Assembly (NCBI GenBank): GCA_050952625.1
Contig: JBMNLH010000001.1
Location: 320,001 to 384,000, forward strand
Length of the DNA stretch: 64,000 nt
From: Bacillota bacterium
GTDB taxonomy: Bacteria; Bacillota; Ch66; Ch109
Direction of reading: 5' to 3'
Shown here piece by piece: positions 29,215 to 39,638 of this stretch; the first letter of the stretch is position 1, and each line of letters opens with the position of its first letter. The translations under genes were made by a program, and so were the position numbers. A model generated the notes under the pieces. It was given only the letters and a program-made list of their open reading frames with translations, was not told where the DNA came from and did not search any database.

Positions 29215-29292
29215 CTATCCACCCCTGCCCGCTAGGCACAACCACCAATCAAAATAACACAAACAGCAATAGATGTGTTATTTACTTACTAA
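29215..29292 (+). repeat. Dispersed repeat family A, copy 2
   Basis: ggcacaaccaccaa...aaataacac-N14-gtgttattt-acttactaa. Confidence 0.85.
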
Positions 29293-29343
29293 TCTTATTT
29301 CCTGGGTATAATAGTCCGGAGGCCGTTAAGGAGAGGTGCAGCA

Positions 29344-30330
29344 GTGATCTGGCAGGAAATAAAAATCATGACGACTCACGCGGCGGCGGATGCAGTGGCG
29401 AATTTATTCCATGAAATGGGCTTTGGAGGAGTTGTCATTGAAGATCCTCAGTTGGTTGAACGGTACACCCATTCAGCCGGTTGGGATTGTTACGAATTGT
29501 CACCCGAGGTTCTCCAGGGTGATCATGTTACGGTTAAGGGATATATCCCTCTAACAGATAAGCCGAGTGAGGAGATAAACGAGGAACCCCCTAGACTGAC
29601 AGTGCTGCGGCAGCGTCTGGTGCAACTCTGGGCGATGTTTGAAGGTGAAGATGGCCAGGTTTCTTTGGGTCGGATAGATGAGGATGATTGGGCTCAGGCC
29701 TGGAAGAAATATTATCACCCAGTCAAGATCTCCGATAAGATTGTCATTAAGCCTTCCTGGGAAACCTACCCGGCGGCCCCAGATCAAATCGTTATTGATC
29801 TGGATCCAGGAATGGCTTTTGGCACCGGCACTCACCCGACAACAGTCCATTGTCTGAAAGCTTTAGAACGGAATATTAGGGGCGGAGAGTTAGTCGCTGA
29901 CGTGGGAACTGGTTCAGGGATTTTAGCGATTGCCGCCGCTAAACTAGGGGCAGCTGAGGTGCTGGCCGTTGATCTTGATCAGCTAGCCACCTCAATCGCT
30001 GCGGAAAACATCCGGCTCAATGGAGTAGCGGACCGGGTGCGCGTCTTGACCGGGGACCTGCTGGAACCCTTGGCAGACCGGCAAGGTTTTGATTTAATTG
30101 TCGGTAACCTAGTCGCTCCGATCGTGCGGCGGCTGGGTCCGTCAGCGTGGGAGAAACTAAAGCCGGGCGGGTTGTTTATTGGAGCGGGGATTATTCAGGG
30201 ACGATTGTCGGAAGTGCTGGAGGAATTAACCGGTATTGGATTTGAACTGGTAGAAATCACCGATGAAGGTGAATGGTCAACCGTCGTTGTTTCTCGACCG
30301 GGACCCGGACCGGACACGGAGACACGTTAA
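29344..30330 (+). CDS. prmA: Ribosomal protein L11 methyltransferase
   Basis: DPGMAFGTGTHPTT, DVGTGSGIL. Confidence 0.97.
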   Translation: MIWQEIKIMTTHAAADAVANLFHEMGFGGVVIEDPQLVERYTHSAGWDCYELSPEVLQGDHVTVKGYIPLTDKPSEEINEEPPRLTVLRQRLVQLWAMFEGEDGQVSLGRIDEDDWAQAWKKYYHPVKISDKIVIKPSWETYPAAPDQIVIDLDPGMAFGTGTHPTTVHCLKALERNIRGGELVADVGTGSGILAIAAAKLGAAEVLAVDLDQLATSIAAENIRLNGVADRVRVLTGDLLEPLADRQGFDLIVGNLVAPIVRRLGPSAWEKLKPGGLFIGAGIIQGRLSEVLEELTGIGFELVEITDEGEWSTVVVSRPGPGPDTETR

Positions 30331-30481
30331 CTGTCCCGGTAGGTACGCCTGAGTGACAAGAAGACCCGGTTTATTTTCCAAGTAATATGAATTAGCAAGT
30401 GATATGAATTGGATTGTAAGGCGTGGGACGTGCCTCGTACTCACACCTAACGTCTAACGTTTATCATTGAAGGAGTCCCCA

Positions 30482-31255
30482 ATGAACAGGTTTCATGTCC
30501 CCCCGGAACGGATCCGACACGGAGAGGCGGTTATTGAAGGAGCGGTAGCCCGGCATATCTCTCGGGTGTTGCGTTTTAATCCCGGTGATCAAATCCGGAT
30601 TTTTGACGGGAAAGGCCATGAGTACTTAGCCCGCATTCGGGAGATCAGCGGTCAGCGGATCATCGTTGCCCTGGAAAACGCATTAAATGATTTAACTTCA
30701 AAAAACCGGCCGGCTGGCGAGCCCCCTCTCCAAGTGGTTTTGTGTCAGGGTATACCTAAAGGAGAGAAAATGGAGTTTATTTTCCAGAAAGGAACCGAAT
30801 TGGGAGCGGTTCGATTTATCCCCTTATTGACAGAAAGGACCGTGGTGCGTCTGGAGGCGGCCCGGGCTGATAATCGACGTCTGAGGTGGCAGCGGGTAGC
30901 GACTGAGGCAGCCCGGCAGTGTCAGCGGCAGATGATCCCGCAAGTCGATTCGGTTCAGTCTCTAAGTCAGGCCTTGACCCTGGTGCCTTCCGAGGCGGTG
31001 GGCTTAATCCCTTGGGAGGACGAAACCGCGACGACCTTAAAGGATTTAATCCGGCAGATGCCGGAGGCCCCTCCGCAAGTTTGGGTATTCATTGGCCCGG
31101 AAGGCGGCTTTTCCGCGGCAGAAATAACCCAGGCTAGACAGGCTGGTTTGATCCCGGTATCGTTAGGGCCTCGAATCTTACGCACAGAAACAGCCGGACT
31201 GGCCGTACTGACCATGCTGCTGTATGCCTGGGGAGATTTGGGCGGTGAGGGGTAA
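30482..31255 (+). CDS. rsmE: 16S rRNA m3U1498 methyltransferase
   Basis: HISRVLR, QKGTELG, IGPEGGF, LGPRILRTETA. Confidence 0.97.
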   Translation: MNRFHVPPERIRHGEAVIEGAVARHISRVLRFNPGDQIRIFDGKGHEYLARIREISGQRIIVALENALNDLTSKNRPAGEPPLQVVLCQGIPKGEKMEFIFQKGTELGAVRFIPLLTERTVVRLEAARADNRRLRWQRVATEAARQCQRQMIPQVDSVQSLSQALTLVPSEAVGLIPWEDETATTLKDLIRQMPEAPPQVWVFIGPEGGFSAAEITQARQAGLIPVSLGPRILRTETAGLAVLTMLLYAWGDLGGEG

Positions 31256-31304
31256 GCGGTAAGGCGTGAGGCGTGAAGTGTGAAGTATTAGGAGACATGC
31301 ACAA

Positions 31305-32828
31305 GTGTTTGAAAGAAAAACGGTTGCAGCCCATACCCTGGGTTGTAAGGTCAACCAACATGAAACAGAGACCATTCTGGAACTTTTTCGGCAGCAGGGA
31401 TATCAGGTGGTCGATTTTGCCGGCGAGGCAGATGTCTACTTGATTAACACCTGTACCGTCACTCACCTAGGGGACCGCAAATCCCGCCAAATAATTCGTC
31501 GAGCCACCCGTCAGAACCCACACGCCTTGGTTGTTGTGACTGGCTGCTACGCTCAAAGAGCCCCGGAAGAGATCGCAGAACTGCCCGGGGTCGACTTAAT
31601 TGTCGGTAATCAAGAGCGCGGACAGATTGTCGGGCTAGTAGAAAAGCTGGCTGGCAAGAAAGGTAATATTGAAAAGCACCCAAGCGATCTTGAGGCAAAT
31701 CAACCTTTAGCTCGGACTCCAGTCAAACTGGTTAATAACATGCAGTTGGTCCGATCCTTTGAGGAATTACCATTAGTCATAACAAGAGGCCGAACCCGGG
31801 CCATGGTCAAAGTAGAGGATGGCTGCAACCAGTATTGTTCTTACTGCATTGTTCCTTATACTCGAGGACCGGTCCGGAGCCGGCCAGCAGAACGAGTGGT
31901 GGCGGAGATCGCGCAGTTGGTGGAGGCCGGGTTTCAGGAAATTGTCCTGACCGGGATTCACACCTCCGCCTACGGCTTAGAATGGCGGCAGGGCAAAACA
32001 ACCCCGAATCTGGCTACCCTGATTGAATTAATCTTACGGGAAGTGCCGAGTTTGGCACGTTTGCGGATTAGTTCGGTCGAACCGACTGAGGTACCAGAGG
32101 GATTGAGCGAAATTATGGCCAATTCCCGAGTTCTTTGCCGTCACCTGCATATCCCGCTGCAGAGCGGGGATGATGAAATTTTGCAAAGAATGCGGCGACC
32201 TTATTCTACCGCCCAGTATGCGGCTTTAGTGCGTAATTTGCGTGATCAAATACCCGGGCTAGCCATAACCACCGATGTTATGGTCGGCTTCCCTGGCGAA
32301 ACCGACGCCCACTTTGCCCGGAGCTGCTCTTTTATTAAGCAAATCGGCTTTAGTGATCTGCATGTGTTTAAGTACAGTCCAAGAAAAGGGACTCCAGCTG
32401 CAGCCTTTAAGGAACAGGTAGTCCCTCCGATCAAGGAGAAGAGGAGTCAGTTTCTGATTACGCTGGCCGCTGCTTTGCAGCAAAGGTATGCGGCTGAGTT
32501 TTTGGGTGAATCGCTGGAAGTCTTATTAGAGGAAGAAGTTCAGGTCCCGCCTAGGTTGCGGCTTACCATTGAAGGGTCATTGACAAAACACAAGGTTCCT
32601 GGTGCTTGTCACGGGGAATCTGCGCCGGAAGAACAGCCGCAGCCGAATGAAAATACACCCAATGACCAGCCGGGGAAGTATTGGGCTGGTTATTCAGACA
32701 ACTACCTGCGGGTCACGGTTCCGGTCCTCGGGAATGACTCAATGGCCGGAAGATTCGTCAAGGTAAGTTTAATGACTATAGATAATGAATTTTTACTCGG
32801 CCGGATAATCGAGAATAGCAGGAACTAA
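31305..32828 (+). CDS. mtaB: tRNA t6A methylthiotransferase
   Basis: TLGCKVN, NTCTVT, GCNQYCSYC, YSPRKGT; synteny after rsmE. Confidence 0.95.
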   Translation: MFERKTVAAHTLGCKVNQHETETILELFRQQGYQVVDFAGEADVYLINTCTVTHLGDRKSRQIIRRATRQNPHALVVVTGCYAQRAPEEIAELPGVDLIVGNQERGQIVGLVEKLAGKKGNIEKHPSDLEANQPLARTPVKLVNNMQLVRSFEELPLVITRGRTRAMVKVEDGCNQYCSYCIVPYTRGPVRSRPAERVVAEIAQLVEAGFQEIVLTGIHTSAYGLEWRQGKTTPNLATLIELILREVPSLARLRISSVEPTEVPEGLSEIMANSRVLCRHLHIPLQSGDDEILQRMRRPYSTAQYAALVRNLRDQIPGLAITTDVMVGFPGETDAHFARSCSFIKQIGFSDLHVFKYSPRKGTPAAAFKEQVVPPIKEKRSQFLITLAAALQQRYAAEFLGESLEVLLEEEVQVPPRLRLTIEGSLTKHKVPGACHGESAPEEQPQPNENTPNDQPGKYWAGYSDNYLRVTVPVLGNDSMAGRFVKVSLMTIDNEFLLGRIIENSRN

Positions 32829-32886
32829 AGGAAACATGACGAATAGAATAAAGCATGAGATAAAAGCACCGGAAGGGGGGGAAGCT

Positions 32887-33231
32887 TTGAACGATTGCCT
32901 GTTTTGTCAAATAGCGGCCAAAAAGATTCCCAGTCAGATTGTTTTTGAGGATGACCAGATAATGGCTTTTAAAGATATAAACCCGGTCGCCCCGGTCCAT
33001 ATTCTTGTGATTCCTAAGAAACACATCCCTTCCTTGGCCGAGACTAGCCCTGAAGACCAACAGTTGCTCGGCTTGATTCAGGTGCAAGCCGCTAGAATCG
33101 CCGTCCAAGAAGGGATAGCCGAACCGGGTTACCGGTTAGTCGCTAATACTCGGGATGATGGCGGTCAAACAGTTGGTCATTTGCATTATCATCTGCTGGG
33201 GGGGCGGCCTATGCAGTGGCCGCCGGGTTAA
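32887..33231 (+). CDS. HIT-family nucleotide-binding protein
   Basis: DCLFC, AF.DINP.AP.H.LVIPK, HLHYHLLGG, WPPG; likely TTG start. Confidence 0.95.
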   Translation: MNDCLFCQIAAKKIPSQIVFEDDQIMAFKDINPVAPVHILVIPKKHIPSLAETSPEDQQLLGLIQVQAARIAVQEGIAEPGYRLVANTRDDGGQTVGHLHYHLLGGRPMQWPPG

Positions 33232-33361
33232 GCTTTTGTTGACTTGCCGGGTTGGGTTATAGTATAATTATTGAGTATTTAAGCAATAGCCCGTAAGTCG
33301 AGCGAGCATTGCTTTGTTTAATCTTTTTTGGCATATCTTCCGTGGTGGAGGGAGGGATACA

Positions 33362-33538
33362 GTGAGCGAGATTAAAGTTGGAAAAAATGAAACCCTTGAT
33401 AGTGCCCTGCGCCGGTTTAAGAGATCATGCCAAAAAGCGGGTGTTTTAGCGGAAGCCAGGAGAAGGGAACATTATGAAAAACCCAGCGTAAGACGGAAAA
33501 AGAAGTCTGAAGCTGCGCGAAAAAGAAAATTCCACTAA
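33362..33538 (+). CDS. rpsU: 30S ribosomal protein S21
   Basis: [15 protein letters not shown]; GTG start after ggaggga. Confidence 0.97.
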   Translation: MSEIKVGKNETLDSALRRFKRSCQKAGVLAEARRREHYEKPSVRRKKKSEAARKRKFH

Positions 33539-33617
33539 AACCGATTAATATCGTGGAACATATGCGGTGTTTGTCACTAGGGCAGTACCCTGGGACAGTA
33601 AATTGTTTGACATCAAC

Positions 33618-33652
33618 AGGTCTGGTGGGTATTATTTCTGCCAGACCTTTTG
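33618..33652 (+). terminator. Terminator after rpsU
   Basis: aggtctggtgg...ctgccagacc-tttt. Confidence 0.7.
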
Positions 33653-33718
33653 TTATAATCCTGTCCTACATTGATACTTAAACACCTAATATTTTAGAAG
33701 GGTAGTTGATGGAAGAGT

Positions 33719-35092
33719 ATGGGTAATGGATCGGGCCGAAAGAGAAGACGAAAGTTGGTTTGGGTTATTGTAGCGGTGCTGGTTATTGTATCCTTCCTGC
33801 TCTCCATTGTTCTTCCGTTATGGGCTAGTCCGGCAACAGCCGAGCCGGTGGTTTATGTCGTAACTGTCGAAGATACGATTGAACCCGGGTTGGCTAAACA
33901 TATTCAACGGGCTTACGCCGACGCAGAGAAAGCCGGGGCCGCCTGGGTTATTTTAGAGATTGACACTCTGGGCGGAAGAATTGATGCCGCTATGGAAATT
34001 CGAGATACAATTATGGCAGCTCGCATCCCGACGGCTGCCTTTGTCGTTCATCGAGCCCTGTCGGCCGGGGCTCTGATTACCCTGGCCGGTCAACAGGTGA
34101 TCATGGACCCGGCCAGTACGATCGGGGCCGCGGAACCCCGCGTGTTTTCCTTGTCTAGCCAGCAGCCGGCTGATGAAAAGTTGGTTTCTGCTTGGAAAGA
34201 GGAAATGGCAGAAACAGCTCGGGCACATGGACGGGATCCGCAGATCGCTGCCGCAATGGTCGATCCGGATATCGAGATCCCCGGGGTGATCGAGCAGGGA
34301 AAATTACTAACCCTGGGGGCGGCGAAAGCTCAAGAATTAGGGATAGCTGACTATCTTGGAAAAACCCGGGAAGAGGCCCTGCAGCACTTGGGTGTCGGCG
34401 GGGCGCAACTGGTTGAGTTTGAGATTTCACCGGCGGAAAAGTTGGCCCGTTGGCTGACGAATCCACTAATTAGTGCGATTCTGCTCACTCTTGGTCTAGG
34501 TGGAATTGTTTTAGAACTGTTTACCATGGGCTGGGGAGTGCCTGGGACCGTGGGGATAATTTCCTTGGTGCTTTTCTTTGGCAGTAGTGTGGTGGCCGGT
34601 TTGGCCGGTTGGGAAACGATCCTCTTGTTTGCGATTGGCTTGGTTCTGCTGTTGGTTGAGATTTTGGTGATTCCGGGTTTTGGGGTGGCCGGTTTAGCCG
34701 GGCTGGGGGCCATGGGGGTCAGTATCTTCCTGGCTTCGGAAACCCCCCAACAAGCCCTGACCACGATGGCCATTGCCCTGGTGGGGGCAGTTGTCCTGAT
34801 CATTGTCGGAGTCCGATTAATGGGTACCCGCAATCTGTGGTCCAAACTAATATTGCGCACGCGGCAGGAGAACCAGGAAGGTTATCAGGCACCAGCCCTA
34901 CAGTTGGAGAAATATTTGGGTCAAATAGGCATAACAATAACCCAGCTGCGGCCATCTGGGGCTATTGAGATTGACGGAAATCGCATTGACGTGGTCACTG
35001 AGGGGGATTATATAACCCGGGGGGTAAAGGTTCAAGTCGTCAAAGTTGAGGGGACCCGGGTCGTCGTTCGGCCAGTCGATAAGGAAGGCTGA
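33719..35092 (+). CDS. nfeD: NfeD-family membrane serine protease (YqeZ)
   Basis: IDTLGG, ALSAGALI, TIGAAEP, TM bundle, LRPSG OB-fold. Confidence 0.93.
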   Translation: MGNGSGRKRRRKLVWVIVAVLVIVSFLLSIVLPLWASPATAEPVVYVVTVEDTIEPGLAKHIQRAYADAEKAGAAWVILEIDTLGGRIDAAMEIRDTIMAARIPTAAFVVHRALSAGALITLAGQQVIMDPASTIGAAEPRVFSLSSQQPADEKLVSAWKEEMAETARAHGRDPQIAAAMVDPDIEIPGVIEQGKLLTLGAAKAQELGIADYLGKTREEALQHLGVGGAQLVEFEISPAEKLARWLTNPLISAILLTLGLGGIVLELFTMGWGVPGTVGIISLVLFFGSSVVAGLAGWETILLFAIGLVLLLVEILVIPGFGVAGLAGLGAMGVSIFLASETPQQALTTMAIALVGAVVLIIVGVRLMGTRNLWSKLILRTRQENQEGYQAPALQLEKYLGQIGITITQLRPSGAIEIDGNRIDVVTEGDYITRGVKVQVVKVEGTRVVVRPVDKEG

Positions 35093-35164
35093 TTTTACTA
35101 TTGTAGGTTTTCATTGGCCATAGTACAATATAAACATACAATGATTATGCCAGGGGTGATCTTA

Positions 35165-35437
35165 TTGTCTCAAGTGGTTAAAAATTATACCTTCTCTCTG
35201 CCAGTTAACTTACTTAATAAATTAAAACATTATTCTAACGAAGGTTATGTTCCCTCTGTAAATGCTGCAGTAAAAGAAGCGTTAGAATCATATGTAAGAA
35301 TAATCGAAAAACAAAACCTTTATAATCAAATGAGAGAAGCGGCAAATGACCCTATGTTTTTGGAAGATTTGGAAGGCGTAATGAGTGATTTTTCTTATGC
35401 TGACTTTGAGTTAACAAAGGAGACTGTTAAACAGTGA
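35165..35437 (+). CDS. Putative RHH-type antitoxin
   Basis: YTFSLP..LL..L; acidic C-terminus (AANDPMFLEDL); overlaps the toxin start; own promoter TTGGCC-17-TACAAT at 35114-35142; start codon uncertain. Confidence 0.75.
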   Translation: MSQVVKNYTFSLPVNLLNKLKHYSNEGYVPSVNAAVKEALESYVRIIEKQNLYNQMREAANDPMFLEDLEGVMSDFSYADFELTKETVKQ

Positions 35438-35778
35438 CTTATCAATGGAGTATTTTTTGGGCAGACCTTAATCCCATAAAAGGTTCAGAACAAGCTGGAA
35501 CCAGGCCGGTTCTAGTCATTTCCGAAGAAATGGTTAATCAAGCTCTGCCAATTGTTACAGTGATTTGTTTAACCACTTATAAAGATGGCCGAAAAATATA
35601 TCCGATTGAGGTTTTACTGACACCGGATGATTCTCATCTCCGACAGCCTTCTATTGCTATGGCCCATCAGATTAGAGCTATTTCTAAAGAGCGTTTGGGC
35701 GAGAAGTGCGGGTTTATTGAAGGCGAAGAGTGTAGGAGAAAAATTAGAAGTATTATAAAATTATATTTAGATTTATGA
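35434..35778 (+). CDS. mazF: PemK/MazF-family endoribonuclease toxin
   Basis: ADLNPIKGSEQAGTRPVLVIS, QIRAISKERL. Confidence 0.93.
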   Translation: MTYQWSIFWADLNPIKGSEQAGTRPVLVISEEMVNQALPIVTVICLTTYKDGRKIYPIEVLLTPDDSHLRQPSIAMAHQIRAISKERLGEKCGFIEGEECRRKIRSIIKLYLDL

Positions 35779-36012
35779 TGCTATAATTGCCTGAGACAAA
35801 AGACTATAGCTGTAGGACCTTGGTAGGAATTTTGTAAAGTATAATGCTAGAAGAAGAAAAAAGAATCCCCACAAACTTTGTCGGGAGGCCTGACTACAAT
35901 ATATTTAAAATTAGTTGTAAGTAGCCATTATTTAGTTAATAATAAGTGGTAGCAGAAGATGTTGGCATCGAATGGTTAATTCAAGATTATAGAAGGAGGT
36001 AGATTAAAGGTT

Positions 36013-37002
36013 ATGTGGTCGAGCTTGATCATGTTCGTCCTGATTCTGATCTTAGTGGTTGTTTTCTTTACTTTTATTCCGATCGGTTTGTGGATTTCCG
36101 CCTTGGCCGCCGGAGTCCATATCGGAATTATCACTTTGTTCGGGATGCGTTTGCGCCGGGTGGTCCCTTCCCGGATTGTTAATCCGTTGATTAAGGCGGA
36201 CAAAGCGGGGCTTAAAGTTACGGTCAACCAGCTAGAGGCTCACTATTTAGCCGGGGGAAATGTCGACCGTGTGATCAATGCTCTGATTGCTGCCGAAAGA
36301 GCGGGCATTGATCTGCCTTTTGAACGATCCGCAGCTATTGACCTAGCTGGCCGGGACGTTCTCGAAGCCGTTCAGATGAGCGTTAACCCGAAGGTAATTG
36401 AGACCCCCCTGGTTTCAGCTGTCGCCAAGGATGGGATTGAGGTCAGGGTAATGGCCCGGGTAACGGTTAGAGCTAATATTGACCGTCTCGTTGGGGGAGC
36501 CGGAGAACAAACCATTATCGCCCGAGTCGGCGAGGGGATCGTGACAACCGTGGGTTCTAGTGACTCACACAAGGAGGTTCTGGAAAACCCGGATGCCATT
36601 TCGCGGACCGTCTTAGGTAAGGGATTGGACGCCGGGACTGCCTTTGAGATTCTCTCGATTGATATCGCTGATGTCGATGTGGGTCGAAACATCGGTGCTC
36701 AGTTACAGACCGATCAGGCAGAAGCGGATAAGCGAATTGCTCAGGCCAAAGCTGAGGAGCGTCGCGCTATGGCTGTCGCCCGGGAGCAGGAAATGATGGC
36801 CGCCGTACAAGAAATGCGGGCTAAGGTGGTTGAAGCGGAGGCCCAGGTGCCGCTGGCTTTAGCCGATGCCCTGCATAAAGGGAAACTGGGAGTATTCGAC
36901 TATTACCAACTGCAAAACCTCATGGCGGATACCCAAATGCGCGATACCATTTCTAAGCTGGATCCAAAGGAAGTAGGAAATGAGCCGACGCCTAGCCTGT
37001 AA
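36013..37002 (+). CDS. floA: Flotillin-like protein FloA (YqfA)
   Basis: [41 protein letters not shown]. Confidence 0.96.
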   Translation: MWSSLIMFVLILILVVVFFTFIPIGLWISALAAGVHIGIITLFGMRLRRVVPSRIVNPLIKADKAGLKVTVNQLEAHYLAGGNVDRVINALIAAERAGIDLPFERSAAIDLAGRDVLEAVQMSVNPKVIETPLVSAVAKDGIEVRVMARVTVRANIDRLVGGAGEQTIIARVGEGIVTTVGSSDSHKEVLENPDAISRTVLGKGLDAGTAFEILSIDIADVDVGRNIGAQLQTDQAEADKRIAQAKAEERRAMAVAREQEMMAAVQEMRAKVVEAEAQVPLALADALHKGKLGVFDYYQLQNLMADTQMRDTISKLDPKEVGNEPTPSL

Positions 37003-37019
37003 GTACCGAGTGGAAGGCG

Positions 37020-37664
37020 GTGGATCAGGTAATGGATGATTTATTATGGATAATTGGGTTAATCCTGTTCTTCAATTTTATGTCCTGGTTAAAGAAACTG
37101 TTTAGTGGCGGAAACATTCCGACTCAGGAAACCGGTGAATACCCGGAAACTGGTCCGCATCCGTTTGGACCAGTTCCTGAGCGAATAGATGAGCCAGCAG
37201 AACGAGAAAGCATGGGGAGGACCTGGCGGGAAGCGGAAAGCACCCCCCCCTCGGGTCTGCCTCCGTGGCTAATCTTAGAGGATTTTGAGAAGGAGCAATC
37301 TTTGCCCCAACAATCGCGCCAACTGCCGCGAAAGCGAGTGTGGTTACCAGAGACTATTGAAAAACAACCGGCCGGTGAGCTGCTTACTTCGACGCCGAAT
37401 TTAGAGGCCGGAAGTTTTAATCTATCTGATAGTAGGCTTCAGGTGCCTGACTCATTAGGGCCGTCACGGACAGAACAGTCTGATATAAGCCAGCCTGCAT
37501 TAAAAAACATGGATAGCCGCCCCTGGGCGGGTCGGGTTGTTGCGTCGAAGAGGTCATTGCTTGACCTGGGTTCAGATAGTGTAGCCAGGGGAATAATTTG
37601 GTCTGAGATTCTTCAATCCCCTCGCTGCCGGCGACCATATCAGTGGAACCGGGCAAAGAACTAA
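37020..37664 (+). CDS. Hypothetical membrane-anchored protein (YqfB position)
   Basis: N-terminal TM, disordered middle, C-terminal GIIWSEIL..P motif. Confidence 0.7.
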   Translation: MDQVMDDLLWIIGLILFFNFMSWLKKLFSGGNIPTQETGEYPETGPHPFGPVPERIDEPAERESMGRTWREAESTPPSGLPPWLILEDFEKEQSLPQQSRQLPRKRVWLPETIEKQPAGELLTSTPNLEAGSFNLSDSRLQVPDSLGPSRTEQSDISQPALKNMDSRPWAGRVVASKRSLLDLGSDSVARGIIWSEILQSPRCRRPYQWNRAKN

Positions 37665-37684
37665 CGGACGGGACCAGGAAAGAT

Positions 37685-37722
37685 GGCGGTCGCAGTAAAC
37701 CCGCCTTAACAAAACAAGGAGG
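37685..37722 (+). ncRNA. preQ1-I riboswitch (translational type)
   Basis: GGCGG-UCGCAGUAAAC-CCGCC-UUAACAAAACAAG-GAGG: P1 stem, loop and A-rich tail closely resemble the Thermoanaerobacter preQ1-I aptamer and overlap the SD. Confidence 0.92.
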
Positions 37723-37733
37723 TCTTTTTTATT

Positions 37734-38438
37734 ATGGGAAATGCTAATATCCGTGGATTTTCCCCGATATTTTTGGGGTTGGCCTGTTTTTTTGTTACCT
37801 GTCTCCTGATTTCAAACATCATTGCCGGCAAACTGATCCAGGTATTTGGCCTGGTGCTGCCAGCGGCGGTTATCCTTTTTCCAGTGGCGTATATCCTGGG
37901 TGACGTATTGACGGAAGTTTATGGATTTAGACGATCCCGGTTGGTTATCTGGGTTGGGTTTGCCGCTAATGCCTTCATGGCGATAGTTTTTCTTATGACT
38001 TTATCCTTGCCTTATCCAGAGTTCTGGGGAAACCAGGAGGCTTTCGCTGCGGTGTTGGGCTTTACCCCAAGGCTGGTCGTGGCCTCCTTAATTGGTTATT
38101 TTGTGGGCGAGTTTACCAATTCTATGGTCATGTCCAAGATGAAGCTGCTGACTAGAGGCCGCTGGCTGTGGACCAGAACGATTGGATCAACTATGGTCGG
38201 TGAGGGAATCGATACAGTGCTGTTTATCAGCATTGCCTTTGCTGGCAGCCTTCCGGCTAATGGATTAATGGCCATGATCATTACCCAGTACCTCTGGAAG
38301 TTAGGCTACGAAGTGGCCGCCACCCCGCTGACGTATCGGCTGGTCAACTGGGTTAAGCAAAAAGAAGGGCTAGATACGTTTGACTATGGTGTAAACTACA
38401 ATCCGTTCAATCTGGAGGTTGAAAATGAACCAGTTTGA
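37734..38438 (+). CDS. yhhQ: Queuosine precursor transporter (VUT/YhhQ family)
   Basis: SNIIAGK, DVLTEVYG, RTIGST..GEGIDT.LF; preQ1 riboswitch upstream. Confidence 0.92.
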   Translation: MGNANIRGFSPIFLGLACFFVTCLLISNIIAGKLIQVFGLVLPAAVILFPVAYILGDVLTEVYGFRRSRLVIWVGFAANAFMAIVFLMTLSLPYPEFWGNQEAFAAVLGFTPRLVVASLIGYFVGEFTNSMVMSKMKLLTRGRWLWTRTIGSTMVGEGIDTVLFISIAFAGSLPANGLMAMIITQYLWKLGYEVAATPLTYRLVNWVKQKEGLDTFDYGVNYNPFNLEVENEPV

Positions 38439-38817
38439 ATTCGAAGCTTTAGGCAAAAGAATTCGCGAACCCCGAAAAAAGTTAGAAATTTTTCCGAAAC
38501 CGGCTGGAGTAGATAAAGTAACCTTGGACTCCGATGAGGTTACCAGCGTGTGTCCGGTTACCGGGCAGCCGGATTGGGAAACCGTCGTAATTGAGTATGC
38601 CCCAAATGAATCCTGCATTGAGAGTAAAAGCCTGAAGCTGTATCTGTGGAGTTTTCGCGAGGAAGGGGTGTTTTGTGAGGCCTTGGCCAGTCAGATCGCC
38701 CAGGATGTGTACGCCGCCTGCCAGCCGTTTTGGTGCAAGGTAACCGTGATTCAAAAACCGCGCGGCGGGATCAGGATTACCGCTTCAGCCGTGGTCGGAA
38801 GCGGTCCTGGCGATTAG
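38425..38817 (+). CDS. queF: preQ0 reductase QueF (unimodular)
   Basis: TSVCPVTGQPD (catalytic Cys and Asp), QueF motif ESKSLKLY, PRGGI. Confidence 0.9.
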   Translation: MNQFEFEALGKRIREPRKKLEIFPKPAGVDKVTLDSDEVTSVCPVTGQPDWETVVIEYAPNESCIESKSLKLYLWSFREEGVFCEALASQIAQDVYAACQPFWCKVTVIQKPRGGIRITASAVVGSGPGD

Positions 38818-39061
38818 ATAGAATTAAAATCATTATCGGTATCTACTTGGTCAAGTTTTGCATTTTATTAATTTTGGTATACCATAATTTGTTTCTATAG
38901 GTTACAGAAACGTGCCTATAAATTCCAAATCGATGCCAATAACGGACCGGACTTCAAAATAAGTGTAACGGACTGTGATCACAGTTTCTTGAAATATCAG
39001 GAACGATTAGAGGTGTTTCTTAAGGTGCAGTAACAGGGGCTATATGTACCGTTAATTATAT

Positions 39062-39100
39062 ATATTTGCAGTATACATATTTGCAGTATATATTTGCAAT
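39062..39100. repeat. Short tandem repeat
   Basis: atatttgcagtat x2 plus atatttgcaat. Confidence 0.75.
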
Positions 39101-39214
39101 AAACACAAACCGAGGTTTTTCAGAACCCGGTTTGTTTTTTTATGGTTGCATTGTTTGCGATTTGGTGTCATACGTTCTGTGAATCTGGAATAACTTTGTA
39201 AGGAAGGGAGGCCT

Positions 39215-39505
39215 TTGCAAATGAAGGGTCGTCACCCCAAGGACAAGGTTCAGCAAACCCTTACCCAGCTGTTGGAGATGCCGCCGGACCTAACTCTCGA
39301 CCTGCCTAAATTAACTCTCATCGGTAATATTCAGCTAATAGTTGAAAACCACCGGGGGCTGATTGAGTTTGGCCCGAACCGAACAATCATTAATTCTAGC
39401 CGGTGGCCAATTATCTTAAATGGCCGTAATTTAATGGTCCGGAGTATTCGAACGGACGAATTGACTATTGAAGGAGTCATTGATTCGATTACCTTTGGCG
39501 ATTGA
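39215..39505 (+). CDS. yqfC: Sporulation protein YqfC (YabP family)
   Basis: LE.P.D..LDLPK.TL.GN, ENHRGLIE; SigE-like tcata...gaataact upstream. Confidence 0.9.
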   Translation: MQMKGRHPKDKVQQTLTQLLEMPPDLTLDLPKLTLIGNIQLIVENHRGLIEFGPNRTIINSSRWPIILNGRNLMVRSIRTDELTIEGVIDSITFGD

Positions 39506-39638
39506 CGGTTTACCTTACACTGGAATTTTTTTAGAGTAAATCCCCATCCTGTTTAGACAGCATTTAGGCTAGGTGATTTAAAAAAGGTGCCGGCTTTGGT
39601 GTTTGATTAACCAGCCGGCTAATGAGAGGAGAGTAGCT

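Noticed and set aside
38830-39033. Open frame after queF ending ...LEVFLKVQ
   Set aside because: No convincing start or SD and no recognisable similarity
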